Origin: Pirellulales bacterium
GTDB taxonomy: Bacteria > Planctomycetota > Planctomycetia > Pirellulales > JAICIG01
DNA: 64,000 nucleotides
Assembly: GCA_040901675.1 (NCBI GenBank)
Contig: JBBDYJ010000035.1
Span: 128,001-192,000, forward strand
Direction: 5' to 3'
Every line of letters begins with the position of its first letter. The stretch's first letter is position 1. Below the pieces are notes generated by a model. The model searched no databases, was not told where the DNA came from, and was given only the letters and a program-made list of their open reading frames with translations. The translations under genes and the position numbers were made by a program. This document shows, one piece after another, positions 43,856-54,338 of the stretch.

Positions 43856-45301
43856 CTACCGATACAGCCCGGCAATCGGCTGGCCGAGCGAAACGGCCAG
43901 CGGGCGGCCTTGCGGATCGAGGTACTCGGTGGCCGGATCGATGCCGAGCGCCGAGAAGATCGTAGCGGCGATATCCCAAGGGCCGACGCGCTCCGACCGC
44001 GGCTGCGCGGCGAAGCGGTCGGAGCTGCCGTACAACGCGCCCCTCGCGACGCCGGCCCCGGCCAGCACCGCCGAATAGACGCTGGCCCAGTGCTTGCGGC
44101 CTGGCGTGCGGCCCGCGAAGGTCGGCTCCAGGGCCACACGGGGAGCCCGGCCGAACTCGCCGATGCAGACCACCAACGTTTGGTGCAGTAAGCCGCGCTC
44201 GTCGAGATCCTCCAAGAGCGCCGAAAATCCCAGGTCGAACCGCGGCAGCAGGTGGACCTTGAGCGCTTCGAAGATGTCGTTGTGGGTATCCCAGCCGTAG
44301 GCGTCGGTCGAGCCGGGCGACTTGTCCTGACCGCGGTTGGTGTAGTTCCAGATCACCGTCACCAGCGGCACGCCGGCCTCGACCAGCCGGCGAGCCAACA
44401 GGCATGCCTGTCCCGGCCGGTTGCGCCCGTAGCGGTCGCGGACTTCAGCGGGCTCGGCCGAGAGATCGAAGGCCTCGCGGCAACTCGGCGACGCCAACAG
44501 CTCGAACGCCTGACGGTAGAGGTTATTCATGTCGACGAATTTTGCGTCGGCCAGGTGCGACTCCAGGCCTGCGCAGCCGCGGTCGATCACTGCCCGCAAT
44601 CGCTCGCGATCGGCCAGCCGCACGGCCGGCAACTCCAGCCGCGGCGCAAGTGCGGGGACCGCCTCCCGCGCCGAGCTCACGTCGCCCAGGACCAGCGGCT
44701 CGTATTGCCGTCCCAAGAAACCGCCGTTCTGGCCGGGGCCGACTTCCTCCGGCACCAGGGCCGGGCCGTTCAGGTGCACCGCTTCGTAGGGGAACGCTCC
44801 GCTCTGGCGGACCCTTTTCAGCACGGCGCCGTAGGTGGGGTCGTCGGTCGGGCGCGGCGGCGGGTTCGACGACTTTTGCGGGTGGTATCGGCCCGTGAGC
44901 GCCAGGTAACCGGCCGAGCCGTGGTCCACGTCGTCGTGCGACAGGCTGCGGACGATGGTGTAGCGGTCGGCCAGCCGAGCCAGCCGCGGCATGTGCTCGC
45001 CCACGAATGTGCCGGGCACCGGTGTGGCGATCGGCCTGAACTCGCCGCGGACAACCTCGGGCGCCGAGGGCTTGGGGTCCCACGTTTCCAGTTGGCTTTG
45101 GCCGCCGCTGGTGTAGACCAGGATCACCGAGCGCGCCCGGCCGAAGCCAGCCGGCCGCCCTGCCGTCTCGCCTCCTGTACCGGCGAACAACTGTTGGCCG
45201 GTGATTCCCACGCCCAGCCCCGCCAACCCACCGATGCGCAGCCATTCCCGGCGAGTCATGACCCCACCAGAGCGCTGATGGCTGGTAAAGAAGCGAATCA
45301 C
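43856..45301 (-). CDS. DUF1501 family protein
   Basis: TRREWL, GGQSQLETWDPKP, LARRLVEAGV, GWDTH, GEFGRAP; GTG start at 45301 inferred. Confidence 0.92.
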   Translation of the reverse strand: MIRFFTSHQRSGGVMTRREWLRIGGLAGLGVGITGQQLFAGTGGETAGRPAGFGRARSVILVYTSGGQSQLETWDPKPSAPEVVRGEFRPIATPVPGTFVGEHMPRLARLADRYTIVRSLSHDDVDHGSAGYLALTGRYHPQKSSNPPPRPTDDPTYGAVLKRVRQSGAFPYEAVHLNGPALVPEEVGPGQNGGFLGRQYEPLVLGDVSSAREAVPALAPRLELPAVRLADRERLRAVIDRGCAGLESHLADAKFVDMNNLYRQAFELLASPSCREAFDLSAEPAEVRDRYGRNRPGQACLLARRLVEAGVPLVTVIWNYTNRGQDKSPGSTDAYGWDTHNDIFEALKVHLLPRFDLGFSALLEDLDERGLLHQTLVVCIGEFGRAPRVALEPTFAGRTPGRKHWASVYSAVLAGAGVARGALYGSSDRFAAQPRSERVGPWDIAATIFSALGIDPATEYLDPQGRPLAVSLGQPIAGLYR

Positions 45302-45409
45302 GGGTGTGCTAGCCGCCGCGGGGTCCGTTAGACTCCGTACCCACAAACTGCCTTTTTCCGCAACATAGCATTTGGCGAGCGCGCTGGAGTCGAAGAAGTA
45401 CACGGCCAC
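45302..45409 (-). pseudogene. N-terminal 36 codons of a VapC/PIN toxin, in frame with DUF1501
   Basis: MAVYFFDSSALAKCYVAEKGSLWV matches the PIN N-terminal DSSALxKxYxxExGS pattern; starts immediately after the antitoxin stop. Confidence 0.8.
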
Positions 45410-45685
45410 TTATCGCCGTTCCTCAATGATCGTCTCGGAAAGAGGCTTCCCCCGGATGGAAACGGGTCGGAAGCTGTCGAACGAATTGCGGTCGCGGGCC
45501 GGCTGCGTGATTTCGGTGATCAGGCCGGCGTCAAGGAGGCGTTGCTTGAACACTTGTTCGAGCGATTCGACGTCGCGAGTTCCTTGACACGTGGTGGACG
45601 GCTCCAGGGCCGAGCGAACTCGTCGCTGGTCTTCCGGCGGGAGCGCCCTGAATTCTTCAATGAGCTTTTCGACCTCGTTAGCCAC
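45410..45685 (-). CDS. Probable VapB-type antitoxin
   Basis: AAAGGAG RBS; C-terminal GKPLSETIIEERR typical of antitoxins preceding PIN toxins. Confidence 0.75.
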   Translation of the reverse strand: MANEVEKLIEEFRALPPEDQRRVRSALEPSTTCQGTRDVESLEQVFKQRLLDAGLITEITQPARDRNSFDSFRPVSIRGKPLSETIIEERR

Positions 45686-45878
45686 GCTTGCTCCTTTGCA
45701 CTGGGACATTGCAATTCTAGCTCAAGCAGGGATACCCAGGCAATCATCGTCTCGAGCAGCGGTTGCCAACTGCTGGCCCAGCCACCGATCGCGTGGATCT
45801 CCAAGCCCCACTGAAACCAGCATACCGACAGCAGAGGGCCGAGAGTGCAGCGTTCGCCGTTGCCGGACTGTCAATCTC

Positions 45879-47432
45879 TCACCGCCTGCCGCGCGACCAG
45901 GCCAGCCATTTGGCGGAAACTTTGGCGGCCAGCGGCGTGAGCCGAGTGCGAGAATAGTTGTCGGCGATCCGCTTGAGAACTTCGACCTGCGTCGGATAGC
46001 AATGGATGGTTCGGGCCAACACGGCCAGCGAGAGGCGGTGGGTGATCAGCATCGTCAACTCGCCGATCATCTCGCCGGCGTGCTCGGCCACAATGGTGCC
46101 ACCGACCACGTGGCCGCTGCCGCGCTTGCAGTGGACGACGGCAAAACCGTGCTCCTCACCGTCGACAACGGCCCGATCCACCTCCGACAGCTCGACCCGG
46201 TAGCTGTCCAGCTCGATGCCCTGCCGCCGGGCCTCGGATTCGGTGAGGCCGACGTGGGCCACCTCGGGATCGGTGTACGTGCAGCGGGGAATCACCAGCC
46301 GGCTGACCTTCCTGCGACCGAAGAACAACGCATTCTGCACGCATAGCCTGGCCATGGCGTCGGCAGCGTGCGTGAACTGGTACTTCGAACAGACGTCGCC
46401 GGCGGCGTAGATGGCCCGGTTCGACGTTCGCAGCCGGTCGTTCACCTCGATGCCCCCGGTCGTGTAGTTCACGCCTGCCGCTTCCAGGTTCAATCCCTCC
46501 ACGTTCGCTTGCCGGCCGGCGGCCACCAGAATCGCATCGGCGATCAGCTTTTTCTTTTCCCCGCCTCGCTCGATGGTCAGGCTTTTCGAGTCGCCCATCC
46601 TTTCGGCCAACCGGGTCGACCATCCCAGGTGCAAATGCATCCCTTCACGCTCGAACTGATCGCGTATCAACCGGGCCGCCTCGGGGGCCTCCTTGGCCAA
46701 GATCTGCTCGCCGCGCCCCACCAGGTGCACCTCGCTGCCGAAGCGGCGAAACGACTGCGCCAGCTCGCAGCCGACCGGGCCGGCACCCACCACGATCAGC
46801 TTGCGAGGCAGCTCGGTCAGCGAGAAGACCGTCTCGTTGGTCAAGTAGCCGACTTCCGCGAGATGCTCGATGTCGGGCGTCGCTGCCCGTCCACCGGTGG
46901 CAATGACCGCCCGGCGGAATCGCAGCGAGCGGCCATCGACCTCCAGCGTGCTGCGGCCCGTGAAGCGGGCCTCGCCGAGGTAGACATCGACCCCCAGGCC
47001 GGTGAATCGCTGGGCCGAGTCGTGGTGACTGATGCGGGCACGCAGCCGCCGCATACGTTCCATCACGGCCGCAAAGTCGGCTGCTTGCTCCAGGGCGCGC
47101 GGCGCGTCGGCGACGCGCGCGGCTTCGCCGAGGCGAAAACCGTATTGGTCGCCCAGCCCAAGCTGGTACACGGCGCGGGCCGAGCGGATCAAGGCCTTGC
47201 TGGGCACGCAGCCATAATTGAGGCAGTCGCCGCCCAAGAGGTGCCGTTCGACCAGTGCGGAGCGGCCGCCGAGTCCGGCCGTGCCCAGGGCCGCGATGAT
47301 CCCCGCCGTGCCGCCGCCGATCGCCACCAGGTTGTAGCGGCCGGGGGGCGTGGGGTTTTCCCAGCCCGGGGGATGGGCATGCTCGAGCAAGACGCGGTTG
47401 TACTCGTCGCTCGGCGATAGGGGGATCTGCAT
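45879..47432 (-). CDS. Pyridine nucleotide-disulfide oxidoreductase (MerA/LpdA-like, no MerA C-terminal Cys pair)
   Basis: GGGTAG, GGDCLNYGCVPSK, GAGPVG.E, AAGD, HCYPT. Confidence 0.9.
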   Translation of the reverse strand: MQIPLSPSDEYNRVLLEHAHPPGWENPTPPGRYNLVAIGGGTAGIIAALGTAGLGGRSALVERHLLGGDCLNYGCVPSKALIRSARAVYQLGLGDQYGFRLGEAARVADAPRALEQAADFAAVMERMRRLRARISHHDSAQRFTGLGVDVYLGEARFTGRSTLEVDGRSLRFRRAVIATGGRAATPDIEHLAEVGYLTNETVFSLTELPRKLIVVGAGPVGCELAQSFRRFGSEVHLVGRGEQILAKEAPEAARLIRDQFEREGMHLHLGWSTRLAERMGDSKSLTIERGGEKKKLIADAILVAAGRQANVEGLNLEAAGVNYTTGGIEVNDRLRTSNRAIYAAGDVCSKYQFTHAADAMARLCVQNALFFGRRKVSRLVIPRCTYTDPEVAHVGLTESEARRQGIELDSYRVELSEVDRAVVDGEEHGFAVVHCKRGSGHVVGGTIVAEHAGEMIGELTMLITHRLSLAVLARTIHCYPTQVEVLKRIADNYSRTRLTPLAAKVSAKWLAWSRGRR

Positions 47433-47470
47433 TGCGAACCACGCAGGCATGCCGGGGCTTCGCAAAGATT

Positions 47471-49567
47471 CTAGCGGTCTTGTTCCTCCTCGCTAGCGGC
47501 AATCTTGGAGGCCCGCAGTGTGTAGTTGCTCGCCTCCTTGGCACGGCCCAGCTCGCGATACATCGTCGCCAGGTTGGCGTAACCCACCGAAAGCGATCGG
47601 GCCGGCAGCAGGCCCTCTCCGACTGCCTGCTCCATCAGCTCCACGCCGTAACTGGTGAGTTGTACGGCCTTGTCGCGGTCTCCCTCGGTCCAGTACGACA
47701 GGGCCGCCGTTATCAGCGTTTCGCCCTGGCGGCCGGTATCGCCCAATGCCGACGGCGGCACCGGCTGCTGGAGCAGCGGGATTGCCTTCTCGTACCAGGC
47801 AATGGCCGGGCCGTGCTGCTGGCGGTCCTGGGCGTAAATCGAACCGAGCCGGAAGTAGAGGCGGCCCAGCAAATAGGCGTCGCCGGTGGATTCCTGCCTG
47901 CCGGGCATGCCCTGTTCGAGCGAGTCGACAGCCAGGCGGCCGTACCGCAAAGCTTCGTCGGGCTGCCCGCGCACGTGCCAAGCCTGCAGCGCATCGTACA
48001 TTGCCAGACCCAACTGCCATTGCAACCGCTGGCGCCGCAATGGGTCGGCACATTGATCGATGGCCTGGCGTCCCGTTTCGAGTGCCTGCCTGGCAAACTG
48101 GGCCGGGTCGATCTTTCCCCTGACGCCGACGCAGGCGGCTAGCGACTGCGCTTCGACGCGCAGGCGCAGCTCGGCATGGAGGCCTTCGACGGCGACCGAT
48201 TCGTCGGCGATTCGTCGAGCCCGCTCGAGCCATTTCGGAACGACCTCTTCCTTTTGCTGCCACTGGCCCCAGGCAATGTCCTGGGCCACGGCCAGATGGG
48301 CCTCAATCAGGGTTCGCCGGGCCGATCGGCGGATGCTGGCCTGCCGGTCGCCCGCCAGCGGCTGGGCCAGACGGATCGCCTGCAGATGGTACTCCAGGGC
48401 GCCCTGATAGTCGCGATGGCGGCTGGCCGCGAGCTGGTCGCCCAATTGGGCCAGGGCCCGGGCGTGTACGTGCGTTTCCAGCCCGGTTTGCCCGAGCACT
48501 TGCTTGGTCTCATCAATCGCCTCTTCGAACAGGCCTGAGTCGGCCAGGATTCGGGAATGCGTCAACAGGTACTCGGCATGGTCCGGTTCGAGGCCAAGTG
48601 CCTCGTCCGCGGCAGCCAGGGCGGCGTTGCGCTGACCCAGGTCGGCCAGCACGCGCGACCGCAGCCACCAGGCCCGGGCGCTCGCGGGATCCAGGTCGAT
48701 GGCCGTCGCCAGATCCACCAGGCAAGCCGTGTCGTCGTGTCCCAGCCGGGCTTCGGACCGCTCGATGAAGGGAAGCGGATCGATCGCAGTGAGCACGACC
48801 TGCGAGACCCGCGGCGGGGGCCGCTTCACCGCCGCGCCAGGATCCTCACCGGGCTGCGCCGGTGCGGCAGGCGCGAACCGCAGCAGCACTCCGCGTTCCG
48901 GATAGGCCTGGCCGATCCAAGCCCCGGATTCCGCCGGCATCAGCACCGGGTGCACCCCGGCAATCCCCAGTTGCTGGGCAATCGTCCCGGCCGGGAACTG
49001 CTCGCGCAACGCGATGGTAATTGAGACCACGCGGCCCTGATGTGAGGCGACTTCGATCCGCTCGAACGGCTGGCGCGCAAAAGTGTGCAGTTGCATTTCG
49101 CCCTGGCTGCGCGCCTCGATCGGCTCGCCCCACACGCTCTGGGCTTCTTCGATCGTCGAGCGGCCCGGCCGCACGCCGTCGAACTCAATCGGTTCGGCCA
49201 CCGGTCGCGGCTGGGCCGTTGGCTGGTTGGCCGTTGGCTCATCAGCCGGTTCGTCGTCGGCCGGCAGCGGCAGCAACGGGTCGTCGGGCGTCAGGCCATC
49301 CGCTTCGTCGCCGCTGTCTGCCGACGGTTCGTCTCCCTCATCGGAGCCCAGCGGGGCGGGCTCAACCTCGTCCTCGATGACGACGGGCTCCACGTCGCCG
49401 GGTTCGTCGATGGGCAACTCGGCTGGAGCAGCGGGTTCCTCCGCGGGCTGGGGTGACTCGGCCCGAACAGGCTCCCCTGATTCGAACGCCTCGCAAACCC
49501 ACGGCCCGAAACCGAGGAGCAGGGCGGAGAAAATCGCGATAAAACCAGCGCTCGACCGGACTTGCAT
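47471..49567 (-). CDS. Exported TPR-repeat protein
   Basis: Signal peptide, acidic linker, repeated helical TPR-like units. Confidence 0.8.
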   Translation of the reverse strand: MQVRSSAGFIAIFSALLLGFGPWVCEAFESGEPVRAESPQPAEEPAAPAELPIDEPGDVEPVVIEDEVEPAPLGSDEGDEPSADSGDEADGLTPDDPLLPLPADDEPADEPTANQPTAQPRPVAEPIEFDGVRPGRSTIEEAQSVWGEPIEARSQGEMQLHTFARQPFERIEVASHQGRVVSITIALREQFPAGTIAQQLGIAGVHPVLMPAESGAWIGQAYPERGVLLRFAPAAPAQPGEDPGAAVKRPPPRVSQVVLTAIDPLPFIERSEARLGHDDTACLVDLATAIDLDPASARAWWLRSRVLADLGQRNAALAAADEALGLEPDHAEYLLTHSRILADSGLFEEAIDETKQVLGQTGLETHVHARALAQLGDQLAASRHRDYQGALEYHLQAIRLAQPLAGDRQASIRRSARRTLIEAHLAVAQDIAWGQWQQKEEVVPKWLERARRIADESVAVEGLHAELRLRVEAQSLAACVGVRGKIDPAQFARQALETGRQAIDQCADPLRRQRLQWQLGLAMYDALQAWHVRGQPDEALRYGRLAVDSLEQGMPGRQESTGDAYLLGRLYFRLGSIYAQDRQQHGPAIAWYEKAIPLLQQPVPPSALGDTGRQGETLITAALSYWTEGDRDKAVQLTSYGVELMEQAVGEGLLPARSLSVGYANLATMYRELGRAKEASNYTLRASKIAASEEEQDR

Positions 49568-49673
49568 TGCTGTTCCTCCTGAACATCGCGGGGAAGATCC
49601 ATTTCCGCGCGGCGGAAGTATATCGAAAGGCCGTCCGGCGCCCTATAGCGGCAATCGAACGATCAGGCGGATG

Positions 49674-50813
49674 CTAGCTGCCGGCTTGCGAAAGCAGGCG
49701 TCGCAAGATCGTTGCCGCCTGTTGCCCGTTTCCTCGCTCGAGGTCGGCCAGGCTTTGCTCGATGGCCGCGATCTGCCGGTCGTTGAAGGGCACGGCAGCA
49801 CCGGCGGCGGGCGCTTCGGGCACCAGGTGCTCGACGAGCGCGCGGGCCAGGCCGCCTGCCCCGCCCTCGACAACGGCGCTGGTGCTCACGCCTGCTGGTC
49901 CGACGGGACCGCCCGGCGGCGGCAGGTCCGACTTGTTGTGGACGATGATCGCGTCGGGCCAGCGGGCTGCCAGGTCGTCGTCGTCCTTCGACCAAGGACG
50001 GCTCGCGTCGAACACCAGCACACGGGCATCCGCCGTGGAAAAGTGCTCGATCGCCAGCCGCATTCCGGACGTTTCCAGTGGGTCGCTGCTCGCCGCCAAT
50101 CCGGCCGTGTCAGCCAGTTCAACCGGCCATCCTTCCAGGGCCGTGCCGGCAGTCAGCACGTCGCGGGTCGTGCCCGGCTGATCGAACACAATGGCCCGGC
50201 GGTAGCCGACCAGGGCGTTGATCAGACTGCTCTTGCCCACGTTGGGCCGCCCCGCCAGGACCACTCGGAATGGCCGGGTGAGGTGACCGCCCAGGCGCTT
50301 CCAGGCAGCAAGCCGCCGCAACCGCCCCGCCGCAGACGCCGAGCCAGCTTCGAGCAAGTCCGCAATCTCGCCAAGCTCGCGGCTCAGCGCGCCGTGGAAC
50401 TGGTCCAGCAAGATGGCGGCGGTCCGCTCGGTACGGGCCAGGGCCAAGGCTTGCTGCGCTTCGGCGGCCAGCGGATCGCGCTGGCTGCCGGTACACCACG
50501 CGTGCCACGAGATAAGGCGGCAGCCGGCCTCTACCAGCGAGTCGGCGATGACTTGGGCGGCCATGGTGCCGCCATGGCAGTGGACCTCGACTTCGTCCGG
50601 CCCCTTGTGGCAGACAACCACTTGCTCGCGCGGCGACCGGCCCCAATGGCCGAATTGAATCCGGCCGATCGGCAGGGCCGCCGACTGGCTTGCGCCGGCG
50701 GCGCGAAACAAGCCGGCCACCAGTTGCGCGGCCCCATGCCCTGCCACCAGCAAGCTGGCGACCGCGCCGCGGCCCCGAGGTGTCAATACAACGGCGTAGG
50801 GTCCGAGAGTCAC
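49674..50813 (-). CDS. mnmE: MnmE/TrmE-like GTPase, short form
   Basis: EVHCHGG, GRPNVGKSS, PGTTRD, DTAG, NKSD; lacks terminal FC(I/V)GK. Confidence 0.75.
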   Translation of the reverse strand: MTLGPYAVVLTPRGRGAVASLLVAGHGAAQLVAGLFRAAGASQSAALPIGRIQFGHWGRSPREQVVVCHKGPDEVEVHCHGGTMAAQVIADSLVEAGCRLISWHAWCTGSQRDPLAAEAQQALALARTERTAAILLDQFHGALSRELGEIADLLEAGSASAAGRLRRLAAWKRLGGHLTRPFRVVLAGRPNVGKSSLINALVGYRRAIVFDQPGTTRDVLTAGTALEGWPVELADTAGLAASSDPLETSGMRLAIEHFSTADARVLVFDASRPWSKDDDDLAARWPDAIIVHNKSDLPPPGGPVGPAGVSTSAVVEGGAGGLARALVEHLVPEAPAAGAAVPFNDRQIAAIEQSLADLERGNGQQAATILRRLLSQAGS

Positions 50814-51622
50814 AGCTTGGCGGATAGGGCGATGCCGGCCAATGTCAAATGTGGTTCAAACCGGGCCGACGGCGACAACAACCCGGCAACGGCGGGCGCG
50901 GCTCCGCCGGTCAGGTAGATCTGGCAGCCGGCCGGCTGGGACGCCGAGAGCAACTCGATCAACTGCCGGATACCGCCCACCGCGCCCCAATAGATTCCCG
51001 ACCGCAAAGCTTCGATCGTGGATGCGCCCAGAGCGGCAGGCGGTTCGTCGAGGCGGGGCATGTCCAGCAGCGGCAACAGATCGGTGAACGCGTGCAATGC
51101 ACGGGCGGCCAGGGCGATGCCCGGCAGGATGGCGCCTCCTAAAAAAGTGCCTGCCGGCGACACCAGGTCGACAGTGATCGCCGTTCCCAGGTCGACGACG
51201 ATCGCGGCATGGTCCGGTTTGCGAAGCCGGTTTACGGCCACGGCCGCCAGCAGCCGATCGATGCCCACCATATCGGGCCGGGGCAGCTCGACAGTCAACG
51301 GCAAGTCCAGTGAGGCCAGCAATGTCAGGCGCAGGGGCGCTTCCCCGCCGTGCTTCCGACGGAGCCAGTCGACAAGCCGCGAAGCGACCGTGCGCTCGAC
51401 GCTGCCGACCCACCAACAGGCCGAGCGCGCTTCGAGCGGTGACAGCCAGGCGGCCAGTTCGTCGAGCCAGCCGTCCGCGCCGGCGAGTTCCAAGGTGCGC
51501 AGCGCAACAGGCAGCCGGTCCGCTTCCGCCGTACTCACGGCCTGGCGATCGAACAGGCCGAACTTCAAGCGGCTGTTGCCGATGTCGACGGCCACCAGGG
51601 GATCGTTCGCGGTGCCGGGCAT
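50810..51622 (-). CDS. coaX: Type III pantothenate kinase
   Basis: DIGNSRLK, GIDR, DLGTAITVD, GGAILPG, TGG. Confidence 0.94.
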   Translation of the reverse strand: MPGTANDPLVAVDIGNSRLKFGLFDRQAVSTAEADRLPVALRTLELAGADGWLDELAAWLSPLEARSACWWVGSVERTVASRLVDWLRRKHGGEAPLRLTLLASLDLPLTVELPRPDMVGIDRLLAAVAVNRLRKPDHAAIVVDLGTAITVDLVSPAGTFLGGAILPGIALAARALHAFTDLLPLLDMPRLDEPPAALGASTIEALRSGIYWGAVGGIRQLIELLSASQPAGCQIYLTGGAAPAVAGLLSPSARFEPHLTLAGIALSAKL

Positions 51623-51649
51623 TGCCGTTGCGTCAGGTGTTGCGCCCCT

Positions 51650-52663
51650 TTAGCCTCGCGTGCCGGCCATCTGACGGGCCGATTCGAGTGCCGCGGCAAT
51701 CGCCCGCAGCAGCTTGTCCAAGCCTGCGCCGGTTACCGCCGACACCGCGAGCACGTCTCGCCCCAGCGTTGCCTCGAGTCGCGCTTGCACCGCGGGGGCG
51801 GAAGGCAGCTCGGCCTTGGAAACAACCAGGATCTCGGGACGCTGGCCCAGCGAAACATCGTAGCGGTCGAGCTCCTGCCGGATCACCTGGTAATTGGCCA
51901 ACGGATCGCTCCCGTCGGCCGGTTCGGGCTCGACCAGGTGAACCAGGATCCCGGCCCTCTGCACGTGGCGCAGGAACTCGTGGCCCAGCCCCAGCCCCTC
52001 GTGCGCGCCTTCGATCAAGCCGGGAATGTCGGCCAGCACGAACGAACGCTCCGAGTCGATCCGCACCAGCCCCAGGTTCGGATGTTTGGTGGTGAATGGA
52101 TAGGATGCGATCCGCGGCCTGGCTCGCGACAAGCGGCTCAGCAGCGTGCTCTTGCCGGCGTTCGGCTTTCCGATCAGCCCGACGTCGGCAATGACTTTCA
52201 GCTCCAGGACCAGGCGGCGGGATTCGCCCGCTTCGCCGGGCGTCGATTGCCGGGGCGCTCGGTTGGTGGCCGACTTGAAGCGCAGGTTGCCCTTGCCCCC
52301 CCGGCCTCCCCTGGCGGCCACCACCTGGTCGCCGGGCTGGGCCAGGTCCTTCAGCACGAAGCCACCGGCCGCGTCGATCACCAGCGTGCCCGGCGGAACC
52401 TGGATCAGCAGGTCTTCGGCACTGGCTCCGTGACGGTTGGCGCCCTGGCCGGCCTGGCCGCTGGAGGCCTTCCACTGCTTGCGGTGCGCCATCGCGGCCA
52501 GGCTGTCCACTCCCGGCTCGGCCACAATCACGACGCTGCCGCCGTCGCCGCCGTCGCCGCCATCGGGCCCCCCGCGCGGCACAAACTTTTCGCGGCGAAA
52601 GCTGACACAGCCGTCGCCCCCCTTGCCTGCCAGCACCTCGATTTCGACTCGGTCGACAAACAT
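51650..52663 (-). CDS. obgE: GTPase ObgE/CgtA
   Basis: MFVD..., [26 protein letters not shown]. Confidence 0.96.
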   Translation of the reverse strand: MFVDRVEIEVLAGKGGDGCVSFRREKFVPRGGPDGGDGGDGGSVVIVAEPGVDSLAAMAHRKQWKASSGQAGQGANRHGASAEDLLIQVPPGTLVIDAAGGFVLKDLAQPGDQVVAARGGRGGKGNLRFKSATNRAPRQSTPGEAGESRRLVLELKVIADVGLIGKPNAGKSTLLSRLSRARPRIASYPFTTKHPNLGLVRIDSERSFVLADIPGLIEGAHEGLGLGHEFLRHVQRAGILVHLVEPEPADGSDPLANYQVIRQELDRYDVSLGQRPEILVVSKAELPSAPAVQARLEATLGRDVLAVSAVTGAGLDKLLRAIAAALESARQMAGTRG

Positions 52664-52763
52664 GACAAGTAGCCCCGCGGCACGGCGCAAAGGGAAAGGG
52701 ATGACCCCGCGGGCCACCCCTTACGTAACCACATCCGCCGGGAGAGGGTCGGGCGGGGCAGCG

Positions 52764-53027
52764 TTAGAGCCGGGCTGGCTTCGACGCTGCGACGATGCTC
52801 ACGCGGCGGCCGTCACGGTCGAACTTGACCAAACCATCCACCAGCGCGAACAGGGTGTAGTCGTTGCCCTGTCCGACGCCCTTGCCCGGGAAAAAGCGGT
52901 TGCCCACCTGTCGGACCAGGATATTCCCGGCGGAGACCTGCTGGCCGCCGAACTTCTTGACGCCCCGGCGCTGGCCGTTCGAGTCGCGGCCGTTGCGGCT
53001 GGAACCTTGTCCCTTCTTGTGTGCCAT
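52764..53027 (-). CDS. rpmA: 50S ribosomal protein L27
   Basis: [24 protein letters not shown]. Confidence 0.98.
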   Translation of the reverse strand: MAHKKGQGSSRNGRDSNGQRRGVKKFGGQQVSAGNILVRQVGNRFFPGKGVGQGNDYTLFALVDGLVKFDRDGRRVSIVAASKPARL

Positions 53028-53142
53028 TCGATCCAGACTCCCCTAAAACTCCTCGACCTACCCTCTTGAAGGGGCCTCTTGAAGGGGCCTCTTGAAGCGG
53101 ATCCGGGCCTCTCGCCCGGCTCACGTGCGCAGGCCATGATTT

Positions 53143-54183
53143 CTATCGGTAAACCCAGAGATAGTCAACCTGCTCTTCCGCCGTGAGTCCAAAGCGCTCG
53201 ATGCCTGGATGGTCGTGGTAGCCGTAGCGGATCTCTCCCTCGTGCTCGTAAAACTGGTCGCCCGGCCGCCAGAAGTTGAGCCGCAGCGTCTTGGGCAGGA
53301 TCTTGCGGCCCGTGCCGGCGGGCTGGCCCGCCTGGTACGCGTAGGCGGCCGGTTCACCGGTCTTGGCATCTTCCCAGCGGTAGGCGTTCGTGAGGCCTTG
53401 CACGTAAATCGAGAAATGATCGGTGGTCGGGTCGATGTCCTCCCAGGTGGCGACGCCCCAAACGCTGTTGTCCTGCTCGTCGCTGCTGGGCGGGATTTCG
53501 TCCATCATGTCGACTGTGTTGCGCAGCCGCGCAGGAGCACCGCCGAGGACCTTGTCGGCGTTGATGATGCGGCGGCTCGCATCCTCCCTGGCCTGGATTG
53601 CTGCCACCGCCACGGGGATGACCCGGTCGGGGTAGACCTTGCCCGTGTCCCAACTCTCGAGCCGCAACTGCGGTATGAAATGCACCGGCTCGGCCATGTC
53701 GGTGTACTCGACCGAGACCGTGCCGTCGGCGCTCACCGTGCGGTGCGCCTTTTTGCCCGTGTTCTTCACTTTGTAAACCAGGTACCAGATCAGCTTCCGC
53801 TGCATGCGCCCCTGCTCGTCGGGCACATCCACCTCGATCAACCGGACCGGTTTGAACGTGAACTCCAGCGCCCAGATGTCCCGCTCGAAGACAACGTCCT
53901 TCGCCTGCGAGCGTCCCTTGGTATAGGGCCGCTCGCTGTAGGCGGGATCGACCGCCAGCACCTCGACCAGGTCGTGGCGGCTGAACGTAGCGCCGGGATC
54001 CGGTTGGGACGGAATCGTAATCTCCACTCCCGGACCGATGGCTCCGAACCGCCCAGTCGGTGGTGGTTGCACGGCATCACGGCGCGCAGGTGCCGGCTGA
54101 GCCAGCAACGGCAAGGGAGGCGTTGCCAATCCCAGCGCAAGCCCCAAGGCAAGACCTATCGACGACCGGTGGAGTTGATGCAT
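53143..54183 (-). CDS. Hypothetical exported protein
   Basis: Signal peptide; WGVATWEDIDP and GLTNAYRW motifs; coding-like composition. Confidence 0.8.
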   Translation of the reverse strand: MHQLHRSSIGLALGLALGLATPPLPLLAQPAPARRDAVQPPPTGRFGAIGPGVEITIPSQPDPGATFSRHDLVEVLAVDPAYSERPYTKGRSQAKDVVFERDIWALEFTFKPVRLIEVDVPDEQGRMQRKLIWYLVYKVKNTGKKAHRTVSADGTVSVEYTDMAEPVHFIPQLRLESWDTGKVYPDRVIPVAVAAIQAREDASRRIINADKVLGGAPARLRNTVDMMDEIPPSSDEQDNSVWGVATWEDIDPTTDHFSIYVQGLTNAYRWEDAKTGEPAAYAYQAGQPAGTGRKILPKTLRLNFWRPGDQFYEHEGEIRYGYHDHPGIERFGLTAEEQVDYLWVYR

Positions 54184-54338
54184 ACCTGAGAGTGCTCGAA
54201 ATGAGTTGCCGAGAGCTGGAAAAGATCGATCCCGGAACCTCTTAGTATAGTTGCCCTTGCAAAGAAGGGGCAAACTTTTCCCGCCGTTTTTCGCCCGGCG
54301 GCGAGGTGCGGCCGCAGGCCGCGGATTGGACACGCTGT

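Noticed and set aside
43856..45409. Single 517-aa natural PIN-DUF1501 protein
   Set aside because: Only the first PIN strand and helix are present; treated as a deletion fusion rather than a functional domain fusion.
45879..47432. Mercuric reductase (merA) call
   Set aside because: No C-terminal Cys-Cys pair, no NmerA domain and no mer operon context.
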